This document shows, piece after piece, positions 26,801-40,061 of a DNA stretch of 64,000 bases. Location of the stretch: contig OZ287707.1 in the NCBI GenBank assembly GCA_965649825.1, positions 302,292-366,291 on the forward strand, given 5' to 3'. This stretch comes from Penicillus capitatus. Taxonomy: Eukaryota > Plantae > Chlorophyta. The notes beneath the pieces were generated by a model. That model saw only the letters and a program-made list of their open reading frames with translations. It had not been told where the DNA came from and made no database searches. A program made the position numbers and the translations under genes. Numbering within the stretch: the stretch's first letter is position 1; each line of letters opens with the position of its first letter.

Positions 26801-27787
26801 TCTCATTCTTCGGGAGAGATACCTGGGCCATCGCAACACCGAAGTCGCATCCAGTCTGATCAGTCTGGCCGCTGTCAAGGTCCTGCTGAGTCACTACGAG
26901 GATGCACGAGGCCTTTACAGTCGAGCCCTGACGATGTTAAAAGACATCATCGGCGAAGATCACCAGGCCGTGGCCTACACATCGACAAGACTGGGGGTGT
27001 TGCTAGAGACGCAGAAATGCTATGACGAAGCGATCCAGCACTTCGCAGAGGCACTGGTCATCGACGATCGAGTGTACGGAGAGAGACACGAACAGGTTCA
27101 GAGGTCTATCGGCAGAATCCAGAGGGCGGCGCTGAAGCACGCGCAGACACTGCACACGTCTAAGCAACTCGTTCGATGGAAGGCGTACATCGAAGAGCTT
27201 CTGAAGAAGTACCGTTTCAAGTGGCCGGAACGGACGGGTCCGGACAGCAGGACCGGATTTGCTGTCGATACGTCTGCAGATCTGTTGGCGGCTCAGCAGT
27301 CCATCCAGTGGCCATTGATCCGGAGGCTTCTGGTCCGTCTGAAATCAAGACGGAGACAACGACGTCGTTCCAGGGATTCGCACCGGCAGTCAAGGACCAC
27401 ACAGGCGTCGATTTGGACAGCACGCTCCATCTGAATAGCTCGGCCTTGCAACTGAATGTGGACTCGGCTAGCAGAGGTCCACCTGGATTGCCCAGAACGG
27501 CAGGTGCGTATTCTGCCGATCCCCCGTCCCAAGAAGCTTCGGGTATGAAGAGATACTCTTCGACCGACATCCCCAAGGCGTCGTCTTCGATCATGGGATC
27601 ATCTCAGAACAGCGAGCTGAATTTCGGTCAGTACTCGAGTCAGCCGGAGGGGAATCAGACCATCGCTCACGCCTATTCACTCGTGCACGATAACTCTCAG
27701 TTCGGCGTGGCCAACACTAGCTCTCTGGAGACGACCATCTCTCCCAGAGCCAATCAAGACATCACCTATCCGATCCCTGCCTCGTAA
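23815..27787 (+). CDS. NLR-like NB-ARC (AP-ATPase)-TPR protein with disordered N- and C-termini (start uncertain)
   Basis: Walker A ITGLPGIGKTT (24865-24888), Walker B WVLDGLD, GxP motif AGFPLGIK, winged-helix region, kinesin-light-chain-type TPRs (AERYFNQAL...YGRDHFTVSRTY; AEELYNKSL...HRNTEVASSL). Inferred introns 24473-24640, 25046-25100, 25761-25813 (GC-AG), 26578-26630, 27221-27279. Confidence 0.85.
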
Positions 27788-27989
27788 GACGTCCCACCCC
27801 GCGCCCTGTCTGCCAGCTCATTGTCTGGTCTAGGTCCTACGTCACATTCACACTGGAGGACGATCTGTTAGAAACGACACACTTGATGCCAGAGCAGTAC
27901 GATGCTGTCCAGAGCATGCATAATTCAAAATTAATAATTGTCAGACAATTGTGTGACAACAAACCATTTGTAACATTTTCTGCTAAAAA

Positions 27990-28299
27990 TAGATTTCCAG
28001 TACACTTCCGTCACGACGCGACCGACGCGACAGTACTGCGCCGTCACGTACATCGGCGCAATACTGTCGCGTCGGACGAGCTGCGGATCCGTCGCGCTGC
28101 CGCGACAGTATTGCGCCGTCACGTACATCGGCGCAATACCGGCGCGGCAGCGCATCGTGACGGAATAGGCGCGTCGCGTCGCACTGCTGCGACAGTACTG
28201 CCACTAGCCAATACACAACTACAGTGGTATTGGCGCGTTCTGATACGCTGCTGCGGTGACAGTACTACCGCGGCAGCGCGGCAGAACGCGCCAATACCA
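27990..28299. repeat. Array of GC-rich inverted repeats (hairpins)
   Basis: 28022-28075: 22-bp stem, one mismatch, loop TCACGTACAT. 28094-28153: same unit nested in GCGCTGCCGCG/CGCGGCAGCGC. 28225-28299: perfect 18-bp stem TGGTATTGGCGCGTTCTG/CAGAACGCGCCAATACCA with an inner stem. Confidence 0.93.
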
Positions 28300-28388
28300 T
28301 CGTACCAGTGTATAAAAGATCTTTTTTGTTTGTTTTCCTCGTTAAAAAGAAAACAAACGAAGAAGATACTTTCTACACCAATACAATG
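28298..28388. promoter_or_regulatory. 91-bp AT-rich imperfect palindrome bounded by outward-facing ATGs, containing TATAAAA (putative bidirectional promoter)
   Basis: Left arm CATCGTACCAGTGTATAAAAGATCTTTTTTGTTTGTTTTC mirrors right arm GAAAACAAACGAAGAAGATACTTTCTACACCAATACAATG; length conserved at 90-91 bp in all three copies. Promoter role is inference. Confidence 0.6.
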
Positions 28389-28820
28389 CAGCCAGTAACT
28401 CTGACAGAAGCAAGAGCACAGCTGGGGGCGGCCAACTTCGACTGGGGGCTGATCGGGCCGGTAGTGAACAAGATGGTGGAATACACTGTGCAGCTGAACA
28501 CGTGGGCTGAACATTGTGGTCCGCAAATTCCGCCGATTCTGGGGAGGGAGCAGCTGAGGGAAGCAGTGGGTTTCGTGATTGGCGACTTTGTTGCGATCGG
28601 CAACCACGCTGGGTTTGTTACGTGGCGTGCTGTAATGAACCGTGTACGTGGGCGGTTAATTTTTCATGGAGTTATGCAGCAAGGGAATGCGGGCCAGAGG
28701 AATAGACTTCTGTGGGCATTTTACCTTTTATTTAGGACGGTGAGAACGCAAGGGGACATTGGGACCTTAGGAGTAACCGCGGCAGTAACGTTTGTGGATG
28801 CGTTGTATGGATTGGATTAG
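28386..28820 (+). CDS. Uncharacterised intronless 144-aa protein (cassette copy 3, intact)
   Basis: MQPVTLTEARAQLGAANFDWGLIGPVV...FVDALYGLD*; two diverged paralogs in the window keep the amino-acid pattern, which supports coding status. Confidence 0.8.
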   Translation: MQPVTLTEARAQLGAANFDWGLIGPVVNKMVEYTVQLNTWAEHCGPQIPPILGREQLREAVGFVIGDFVAIGNHAGFVTWRAVMNRVRGRLIFHGVMQQGNAGQRNRLLWAFYLLFRTVRTQGDIGTLGVTAAVTFVDALYGLD

Positions 28821-29149
28821 CTCCAATTGTGTAAGGTCGCGGTTTGGTTGTTCAAGTTGCGAGAAACGCGCGCTATCGCGTCAACAAGAAAACGCCCACC
28901 GCGCCGACGCTGAACGCGCACGGACTGCTTCCTCGGAGTTAAATAACGTAACGCTTGGTGTGACGTGCTGTCATAGAGAGAGCCGCTCGCAGTGAGAAGC
29001 AGGTTTTCGTGTGGACAAGATACACAAATGCTTTCGACGAGAACCTGCACGTCCAGCGCCGTGATGTTGAACTAAAGAATATGCGTCCCGCATACCCACT
29101 TATCAAGCAATCGGAGAAACGAGATGGGAAACCTGGTCATAAATTCTTC

Positions 29150-30500
29150 TGCAAAGCTCACCAATCCATCCGGCAGAGTGGCTTCTGTTGAATGTCCATG
29201 ACGAACAGGAACTTCTTTCGGCCATCCAACTCACAAAGTCCACCAGTCAGAGCCAGGATGATAAAACGGATGCAAATCTGAATATGGCGTACTTCCCTTA
29301 TGAACGAGACGGGCGAAAGGCAAATTCACTTTCTCATCGATTCGTGGCAACCGTTGTTCTGATATTCCACATTTGCAGAAGGGAGCTTTGGATGACATCA
29401 TTGTAATTGTGGTCCGTAGCTGTCGCGGCTTAGCAGCTCCGCCGTGTAGAGGCGCCGAAACGCGCAAGACGACAAACGCGTATCGTTACAGAGACTGTTT
29501 TTGACATCCACGGAAAGGAGTTTGTGCGGCGGAGAACGGACACACACGTCACGTCTTCGCCTCTCATGGTGTCACGCTCTCGCGTGAACGTTGCACCATC
29601 TGCTTCGTTCTGTCTTTCAAGAGGCGCTTGGACAAGCTTTGTGTCTTCTCAAGGGCGTCTTTCTCTGGTTCTGAGTGCCGAATGGCTCACTTGGCCTGTG
29701 AAGTCGTGTCACATCAGCACTGTAGAAGGGGGAATGTTTGCTTTATCTGCGATCTCGGTTTTAGGGTCTTTCTGCGTATGCGTTCGTTTGTTCACCGACA
29801 GCGCGACAATACCGGAGTCGTTAACCGGCCAGGTTGAGGGGCAAACGTAAGCAGACGACCTAGCGATTTGGAAGGAGTAAAATGCAGGGGGCAAAGACAC
29901 AGTGGACGTCCAAGTGACCCTCGAGAAAGTGCGAAGCCTTGGCCGTCAGCTTGGAGATGCCATTCGGCTCAGTCAAGACGAAAACGATCTTCATCTCCCG
30001 CCTTCTATAGCAAACCGGCCCGCAGCTCCGACTCCGCAACACGAGGCTGATGGCAGCGCGGTCGACTACTCCATTTCGGCATCCAAATCGATCGACGTCT
30101 CCTCCGGCGCGAACACGTGCACTTGATTCGGGCGCCGACACTCCACCGACTCGTGCAGATGAAGATGATTGCGTCCACATACAAAAGCCGGTGCTAAGAC
30201 GGCTGGTCAGGGCGGCTGTTCTCCCAATCCTAACGTATGCGATTGAAGCACGGGGCTTTCGACTCTGAGAGTCAAGTCTGTCCACTTGACGCTCGACCGG
30301 ATCAGCCGACTGTGCTCTCAGTTGCAGATTAGACGCACGAACCGCCATGGGCAACCACCGCGACTGTTGCGCGACTCGATTACCATCCAGGCGCCTCCGA
30401 ACCATGGAGAGCGACGGACGAAGGAAGGCCCTCGTCGCAACTGCCTCGTAACAGCAGGGATACGATTGCCAAGTGCATAGACAAGTGCGCAGCTGTTGGA
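29150..30500 (+). mobile_element. Decayed non-LTR retrotransposon (LINE) reverse transcriptase
   Basis: RT-like motifs in the expected order: ELLSAIQLTK (~29210), IRGNRCSD (~29340), VFDIHGKEF (~29497), ISVLGSF (~29750), *ADDLAIW (YADD with TAC>TAA at 29848), LVRAAVLPILTYAIE (~30205-30250). Confidence 0.62.
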
Positions 30501-30943
30501 GGCTAAGGTTAGGAATCCTTGACCATCAGGGGTATTTAGAGAGGACCTCCACCCTTTGATCAATCTCGTATCCCTGGTGCCGACATTCGAGTGCGTTTTA
30601 GCGTCGTCGTTCGCGCGTCTTTCGACTCCGAGTTCTTCAAAGTGATCACACGATCCCGGCACAGACACTCTCTGAATACTAGGCACGCTCCCATCCTCCC
30701 TGTTCACAGAAGTGCTGCATCTTGCAAACTTAGGAACATCCGAACAAGACGAAGAACTTTTTCTAAGGTCGGCACTCTTCCTCCTGGTTGGTAGATAGAC
30801 AAAGCGTCTCGGCACCGGATAGCAACAACGCTTCGAATCCGGCCGGCGTCAGCCATCGCTCATCAACTGCTTGCAGATTCGGTAGCGACGCCATCGGGCG
30901 TGACGGTGACAGGCGGACAGCATTACAAACTGTCATCCACGGT

Positions 30944-31943
30944 ATGGCCTTCTGGGTCGTGCGCCGTCTACAAACCCGGCTACTGAGTCGTAACAAGAAA
31001 CCCATTCTCTGTCTTGTCCTCCTTTATCCGATCCTCTACCGATACAGTTGCCGGACACTTCGTTAGGATGCAGTGTTAGAGTGTTTCGTTTCAAGATCTG
31101 TGGATCAATAATGAATCTGTTTGACTGCAGGCCACGAGAACAGCGACTTTGTTCTCCGTGTCAGGAAAAAGAACGATGTTAGGTTGTCAGGCTATGCGAT
31201 GTTTGTTGCAATCTTTATGCTCATAGATTGTGATGGTGGCGGATGGTCAAGTGACAGTGGACAATCAAATTCAGAGGCCGAATGTGCACAAACTCAGCCG
31301 TGTTAGCACCGAAGTCATTGCTGGATGCATCTCGGATCCAGCCGGGAGATGCGGGATTCGCTATTCTCTTCTTAGGTTCAACGGCAGATGCTTTCTCCCT
31401 CCTTGAAATCAGAAGACATAAAGATAGACGGGTATCCAGGTAAGGATCGTCGAAGCCCTTAAAGCATCCAAGGAATGCAGATCGGATTGTAAGGGCGGCA
31501 GTTGAATTGGCCAAACTCTGGAGAACAGACAAGATCTTGCGAAGGCTTGATGTACGAATGGGTGTGGTGTCTTCCTTTGTCATCGAAACTATGTTCTAGG
31601 CTGCCATGATTGTTGCTGGTGCAGATACCGCGCCGGAGATCACCGGCCGAGGCGACGTCTTAGAACCGCACGATCGAATTCTAGGTGCGTTTTGTGTGCG
31701 ACTGTCGATGTTATCTCTTGACAAATATATCCTTCTCTAGCAATCGGTTCTGGGAGTGGCTTTGCCGTCGGTGCTGCACGTGCCCTCATCGACCTCCCTA
31801 ACTCGGCATCATAACAAATAGGTGCATTCGATGGTAGACGATATGCTTTCTTTAGCTTTGTGCCTGTGTTGCTGCATTCAGCGGAGAAAGCAATGAAGAT
31901 CGCAGCGGATGCTGACATCTACACGAATCACAATTTCATGTGA
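30944..31943 (+). pseudogene. hslV: HslV (ClpQ) protease pseudogene with mitochondrial-type presequence
   Basis: VMVADGQVT, GSTADAF, RAAVELAKLWRTDKILRRLD, ITGRGDVLEPHD, AIGSG, AEKAMKIAAD-IYTNHNF. Defects: N-terminal TT replaced (HENSDFVLRVRK), lost splice donor, +1 frameshift (~31410), in-frame TAA at 31812. Confidence 0.85.
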
Positions 31944-32099
31944 GGAACATTGGACATTGGGCAAATCAAGAAAGACGAAGAGAAGAAAGAGAGGCAACTC
32001 GAAGAGGAATTCAAATCATCGCTTCTCAAATCGACCTCATGGTTGACAGATTACATGCCCAATCGAGGACATGTCTGTTACTCTTAATCCAACAGGAGT

Positions 32100-33000
32100 C
32101 CGTTCATGGTGTTATGCTCTTACGTCCTAATAACGTCCGAATAACCTTGAATGAACAAAACGCTCGCGAAATTCTAACAGCGGAAGACAAGATCTTTAAA
32201 GCAGAATCTCAGATGCGGTTCGATTGTTCTCATCTTTTTAATCGAGATGATGTCCGAAATGTTTCAAATCTCAAATACATGTATGTGTCCCGTAGACTGA
32301 ATGGGACACTCTCCTATCTAACGACACATGGATCAATGAATCAGCCTACAACTCTCCGATGAAGGTTTCGTGGCGATGTTAACTAATCGTTCCGAGTCTT
32401 TCTTTCATCTCTTCAGCGTCGAGAAATCCGTCGCCTTCCTTCCTGGCAGTTCTTCCTGGCCATTTATAGTTCCTCGGCGTCTGCAATGCGTTGTCGTGCA
32501 GTTTCTGTCGTCTTCAACAGCTGCAACGGCAATCGGAGAGGCACGATTTGAAGCAGTTGTCCTGAAATGCCACGAGAAAGAGCGACAGCCTGTGAGGACG
32601 GATCTCCGTTGTCGTTGCGTTCAACCCCAGCCTCGGTACAGATTTCATGTGCAGATCACTCAAATGCCACGACACCTCCACACCACCATCACACGAATGA
32701 GAAACCTCCTCATCCTTTACAGCAGGACCATACCAAGACACCTTCCTCTCCAATAGAAAACAGAAAATGGCCATCGCCGGAGAATCGAAGAGAGGATGCT
32801 GCAGAGGCATGCCAGTGAAGGTTGATCGGAATGCGTTCTGTGATGATCGACCCCTCGGAGTGCATCATGTTTGGATCTGCAGGATTTTCCCTGAAGTGCA
32901 TCCCACAGCCAGTTGCTCATCCATTGGATCCACACAGACACACTTCACAATGCATCTCATTCTTTGCCCTGCCACGGTAGCATGGTACGTGCACATGTTC
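32100..33000 (-). pseudogene. WDR75/Utp17-like WD40 pseudogene fragment
   Basis: CVCVDPMDEQLAVGCTSGKIL, LHWHASAASSLRFSGDGHFLFSIGEEGVLVW, VPRLG...FQDN, interrupted by stops and frame changes. Confidence 0.6.
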
Positions 33001-33285
33001 TAGGAAGGTCAGATGCCGACAGCCGCTTTGATCGGGAACGGATATTAGCGTGGCGTCATCCGTTCGCTTCCGTCTGAAAAGGCCACGTCGTGTCGCAACA
33101 TCAACCGGCTGGAACACAGCGGACAGGGACGTGCGCAGCACATTGGCGTCTGGGGTGGGGATATGGCGTCGAGCATGGATGACGTCGTAGGCGCCGCTTC
33201 GAAGAGAGAGTTATGACGTATGCGATAGGTCAGATGCATTGGCAACGGTCCGAAAAGCCGCGTCAAATTCTGTCGTACAACGTAT

Positions 33286-34107
33286 ATGCGTCGCTCTTTG
33301 TTGTGCCGTCGGGGCATTTCTCGAGGACCTCTGCGATGGAGACGACGCATTGTGTGTCGTCCTGTGGTGATGCACGGAGGAGAGGGACTGTCATCGCGGT
33401 CTTATCGTTCGGGAGACGGTCGACCGAAGACGACTGTCGAAGAGGTGTTCAGCAGCACGTCGACTGTGACGCCGCGTTCCGTCTCGGCGCCGTGGGAATT
33501 CGGTTGGCAGATGAATGAGCGTCATATTCAGTGGGTCGATACATTGAAGATCAAATTGATCAAGCGATTTGCGGCGGAAGAGCTTGGCATTGGAGATACC
33601 GAATGTGAGGAGCGATTGCAAATGCTCAGCGATGTGGTACCAGGAATTGACGCCAGAATGCAGAAAATGCCGCCGACGCTCATTGCGGAGTTGTTACGTC
33701 ACACACACTCATTGGCCAATACCCTTGTCGAACTCAAAGGCATCTTTCCGCAGGTCCATATCGCTATCTTACTCAGCATAGGAGATCGATGTGTATCTCA
33801 GACGGATGTCGGTTCCTTGTTGATGTCGTGCCCTTCGCTGGCAGGCAAGGACACTCTGGACGACGTTTCTGCAGCGGCTGCGGAATTGCGCCGCCTGTTG
33901 CCGCATTCCAATGTCGATTTCTTAGTAGAAAGATATCCGATGCTCTTAGACGTCGATCAGCTGAAAGAATCGATGAAGCTTCTGGAGAATCTCATGCCGG
34001 GCAGCAACTTCGAAGAGGTTCTGCAGAAGAACCCGCAGATGGTTTTCAGTCTACAGAAGGGACGCAACATGATCCCCTACGACGAAGTACCAACATCTGC
34101 CCCATGA
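33286..34107 (+). CDS. Conserved hypothetical, probably plastid-targeted helical-repeat protein
   Basis: R/S-rich N-terminus; PWEFGWQMNER; repeated mTERF-like helices (LMSCPSL, VERYPMLL, LQKNPQMV); one probable short in-frame intron. Confidence 0.7.
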   Translation: MRRSLLCRRGISRGPLRWRRRIVCRPVVMHGGEGLSSRSYRSGDGRPKTTVEEVFSSTSTVTPRSVSAPWEFGWQMNERHIQWVDTLKIKLIKRFAAEELGIGDTECEERLQMLSDVVPGIDARMQKMPPTLIAELLRHTHSLANTLVELKGIFPQVHIAILLSIGDRCVSQTDVGSLLMSCPSLAGKDTLDDVSAAAAELRRLLPHSNVDFLVERYPMLLDVDQLKESMKLLENLMPGSNFEEVLQKNPQMVFSLQKGRNMIPYDEVPTSAP

Positions 34108-34215
34108 CATCCCAGATCTAGAGATTCTTCATTCTTATTCGAGGACCCTATTCTAAAACCAACGAATCATACACTTGTATGGACACTGCGTCAAGGAAAA
34201 GATATCTGCTGTCTG

Positions 34216-36420
<2,205 letters not shown>

Positions 36421-36879
36421 CACTCATTTGACAGAATGTCGGATCGCGTGACAGAGAGCGGGGCAAAAGGACCAGACATTGGCTCTTCTTCGGCGCTTGG
36501 CACAGGGACAGCAGCCTCCAAGAGACGGCGTCGTGGGCCTTCACACGGAAACCCCGAAAAGACACCCTGTGTCAACTGCGGTCGGGTGCCGCATCGAAAG
36601 TGAGCCGTCTCTGCGCTTTGACGCACGTCAAAACGAAAAGTCAATTGCCCGTGACGCGGTTTTAAAACAAGACGTCGTGCACGTTTCTGCCTGTAGATGC
36701 GAGCATCATTTATGTCCACGATGTTGCAACGTCGTCGTCAAGAACTGCCCCGTACACATACGTAAGGCAAAGGGTAATCGAGTGCGTGTCTCAGTGGTGT
36801 CATGTCTCTTTAGGCAGGAGCGATACAAAACGAGGTCAATCGTTTCCATTGGCCGTTCGCCATTGAGGCATGACATCTG

Positions 36880-37584
36880 TTTTAGGCATCCATGTTGCAT
36901 CTGTCGCCGATACGCCTCGCAATCTTACCGAAGCGATCGATGTCTATCACAATGTAAATAAACAGATCCATCCGAAGCGAAAGAGGGTATGGAGTGGAGA
37001 CCACGATGTCCTGTCTTGTAGGAGATGGAATCGATTCGACATCAATACCGATGGATGTATGAACGGAAGCGAATGGCAGACGCTGCCGAACTTCAGCAGA
37101 GCATCAAAAGATACAAAGAAACGAATCGTTGGCTGTCCGAGCTTTTATCATCGGACACCTCATCCAACATGACTCAACGTTGTTTCTGGCATCGCCGCCT
37201 CTGGCTTCGATTGCTGTGCGCTTAGGGAATCAAGAGATGGCAAAAGAGACAGAGAAACAGCGTCAGAAAGTGCTCAAACGATACGGAGATCTTCTGACAG
37301 GAAAGAGCCGATCGTTGCCGAATCTGGAATTGAAGAAGGTACGGTTAGGTGTCGATGTGATGCGGGACGAATGTGTGAGACAATGTGTGATGCAGAATTC
37401 TTCCCCTCGTGTTGAAAATGGGAAATGCCATGCCGAAACGGACAGAGATGACGGTAACAGTGTTGTTCTGTCCTCTCGATCTCCATCCCTTTCAATCACA
37501 CCTGTGTCGCTGCCAGAGTCCGAATGGCTCTATATTCTGCAGCACACGGCCGAGAAGCCTGCGATTCAATTAAGACCAAGCTAA
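36880..37584 (+). CDS. Hypothetical protein
   Basis: Several protein-like exons (MESIRHQYRWMYERKRMADAAELQ...; EMAKETEKQRQKVLKRYG...) linked by plausible short introns; family not recognised. Confidence 0.45.
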
Positions 37585-37626
37585 ATAGATGGATCATGTA
37601 ACGCATGCAGGAGACTCGCTCGTCAT

Positions 37627-38129
37627 CTATTTCTTAACTTGTTTTAATGGACATTCGGGTTTAGAACAAGAGGCTGCATCGTACAATCCGCCACACTCTT
37701 CGCACAATCCAAGCTCCGCTCGCTGAATTCGGGCAACATACTTGTCCACCACATTGGCAGAGAAATAGATCGCCACGAGCAGACACTAGGGATAGACACT
37801 CAGTGATGGGAGCATATGGGAAAGGAAAACGCACGCCGAAGGCGAGGCCGGCGATCTGATCCGGGGTCCATTCCGGCATGGTATCCATAAAATCTGAAAA
37901 ACTTGCCTTGAACAACAGGTCATACATGCAATCTCTATGAGGGAACACTTTTGCGTTTTGTGCCTACCTTTGCTGTCGGATGGCGATGACGTGGATAAGG
38001 TGAGGGTTGGACGGATCGTCGACTCGCCGGATTTGCACACGGTGCCCGTCGCCGGGAGAGTAACCCATCGCGCTTCGGTAGGCTCTTTGACGAGGCGTTG
38101 AACAGAATAGAGCGCACCGTCGATGACAT
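37627..38129 (-). CDS. Small plastid-targeted membrane protein with C-terminal Cys cluster
   Basis: Transit-peptide-like start MSSTVRSILFN...; EWTPDQIAGLAFG|LLVAIYFSANVVDKYVARIQRAELGLCEECGG...CSKPECP. Confidence 0.65.
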
Positions 38130-38141
38130 GACCCCAGATTC

Positions 38142-39987
38142 TTACAGAAAACACGTCTGGAAGGAGATGACGTCTCTAAAAGCCTGTTCAAGAAGGATCT
38201 CGTTCCCACGATCGATGGCTTCCAAAATCTGCAAGCAGGTCATGGGAGATGCCCTGGATGAATTCTCACACTTTCTGTCGGTCATCAGCGACGCCGAAAA
38301 GAGTGTCATAGAAGTTTTCGCTTTCTGTGGATGTGACATGTGTGCTGACGGTTTCAAAATGCCGACTAAGAAGATGACAGGCAGTCGGGCACAATCCCAT
38401 ATCCCAGAAGCGCCGCATCTTTTCTGGATCATCCCTGGCGAGAGCGTAGAGAACACGACACACATAAATCGCATCAAAGGAGCGCAGCCACCGAGCGAGT
38501 AGCTCCCCAATGACGAGGTCCTCTGTCGATGAATTGGATGTCGGTGACGAACTCGCGTCTTCCTCTTCTAACAGCAGCTTGAGCGCAGACAGACCTCTTT
38601 CTTCCTCCTCGGAAAGCACGACTGAGCCAGAAACTGCCCATTCTCCCTTTTGCCGCTTTGATGGATGCTCTTCGCCTGGTTCTCACGCCAAAGACAGCAT
38701 CCTCTTGATGAACACCGTTGCAAAGGCAACGCACTTGGATGAACGGTTGCAGGAGTTGCGACAGGCGACATATCGGAATGTGGATGTAAGTGGGTGTGCC
38801 TTTCCAGTGGCTCGATGTCTTGAATACGTGCTTCCACACGATCGTTTACCATCTTCTTGATGATCTGTCGCAGATAGTACTGCTGCATCTTGCCTTCTGC
38901 AATGTTCTTGGAAACTTCGGATCTCCACCAGATGTTCAAGGCAATGCTATTCTCTGCATCGACGCAACGCTGCTGCAAGACACTGGAGTAAAAGGTCCAT
39001 TACCTACGCTGTCGACCTGATGCCACCAACCTTCTGGAATGTAAAGCGCATCTCCGCTCTACAGGACCGATTCTGTTTTTGTTGGAGACGTCGGATAACC
39101 GACTGCTTTACTTCTAGCTGCACAGCCATCTCCTCTGACAATGCCTCCCTGGATCACATCACGTGGTGAGTATTGGACAGAATTGTCGGTACGGAACGAA
39201 TCCTACGGGTATCTTGGGTGCTTGTCGAGATCTGGCTTCGCAAAGTGAACGGTACTGTGATTGTGTGACTCGCTCCATAGGGGATAAGGATAGAAACATG
39301 CTGTCAGATGTGGAGGATAGAGTTTCACTGTTTTGCTGCCTTCCACCACGCAAAGCAGATTCTCATAAGGGTCGTAATGTGGACTCGAGCGACAACTGGA
39401 CCTGCCACCACACAACCGCTCCACTCCATTCACATATCCCCGCACTCTCACCATGAGCTCATCCACAGGTGCAGCTGAAGATCGAGTGGCTGGAAGGTCT
39501 TGGGCAAAGGAATGTCGACCAGCATCTCTCCCAACGGACCGTCATCTATTCGAGCCTGAGCAAGATAAGCATTGAGCTGCATGTCTCTCCATTGCTGTCG
39601 TTTTTCGTCGTTCAAGAATTCTGTCATCCTGCATCCGTCACATCAGGTCTCCCTTGAGGATCATGGATAGAATAGGAGACGTGCATCGCATGATGGTGCG
39701 TTTGCCAATGGCTCCGAGAAAGACATCGTCTGCAGAACACATCACCTGGAAAAACATGCCACTTAGATGAAGAGACATCCGGCAGGAGAAGAGACTTCGA
39801 TGGGAACATCCTTCAAAAGATTAGTGATGTACTGCCGACCCGCTTTCCCTTTCCACTTCTCGCAGGCTGGCCAATGCACCAAAGACTTCGGCAGAAAGAT
39901 CGGCACTTGTTCTTTCTGCCATTGCTCGAGACCGTCTGCATTTCCTAAGACCCCTTCGGCTGTCTTGCCAGCAACCGTTTTGACCAT
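38142..39987 (-). CDS. JmjC/cupin-8 2OG-Fe(II) dioxygenase
   Basis: LVHWPACEKW, SSPHYDPYENLLCVVEGSKTVKLYPP, GDALYIPEGWWHQV, SIALNIWW; HxD...H metal triad. Confidence 0.88.
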
Positions 39988-40061
39988 TTTCGAAATGCCG
40001 ATCGCTTGGAAAAGTGCGTGAATCATTACCACATCATGCTGTCGGTTAGGACAAGCCCTTC

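Noticed and set aside
27990-28300. CRISPR-like array
   Set aside because: The units are nested palindromes without regularly sized unique spacers, there are no cas genes, and the context is eukaryotic.
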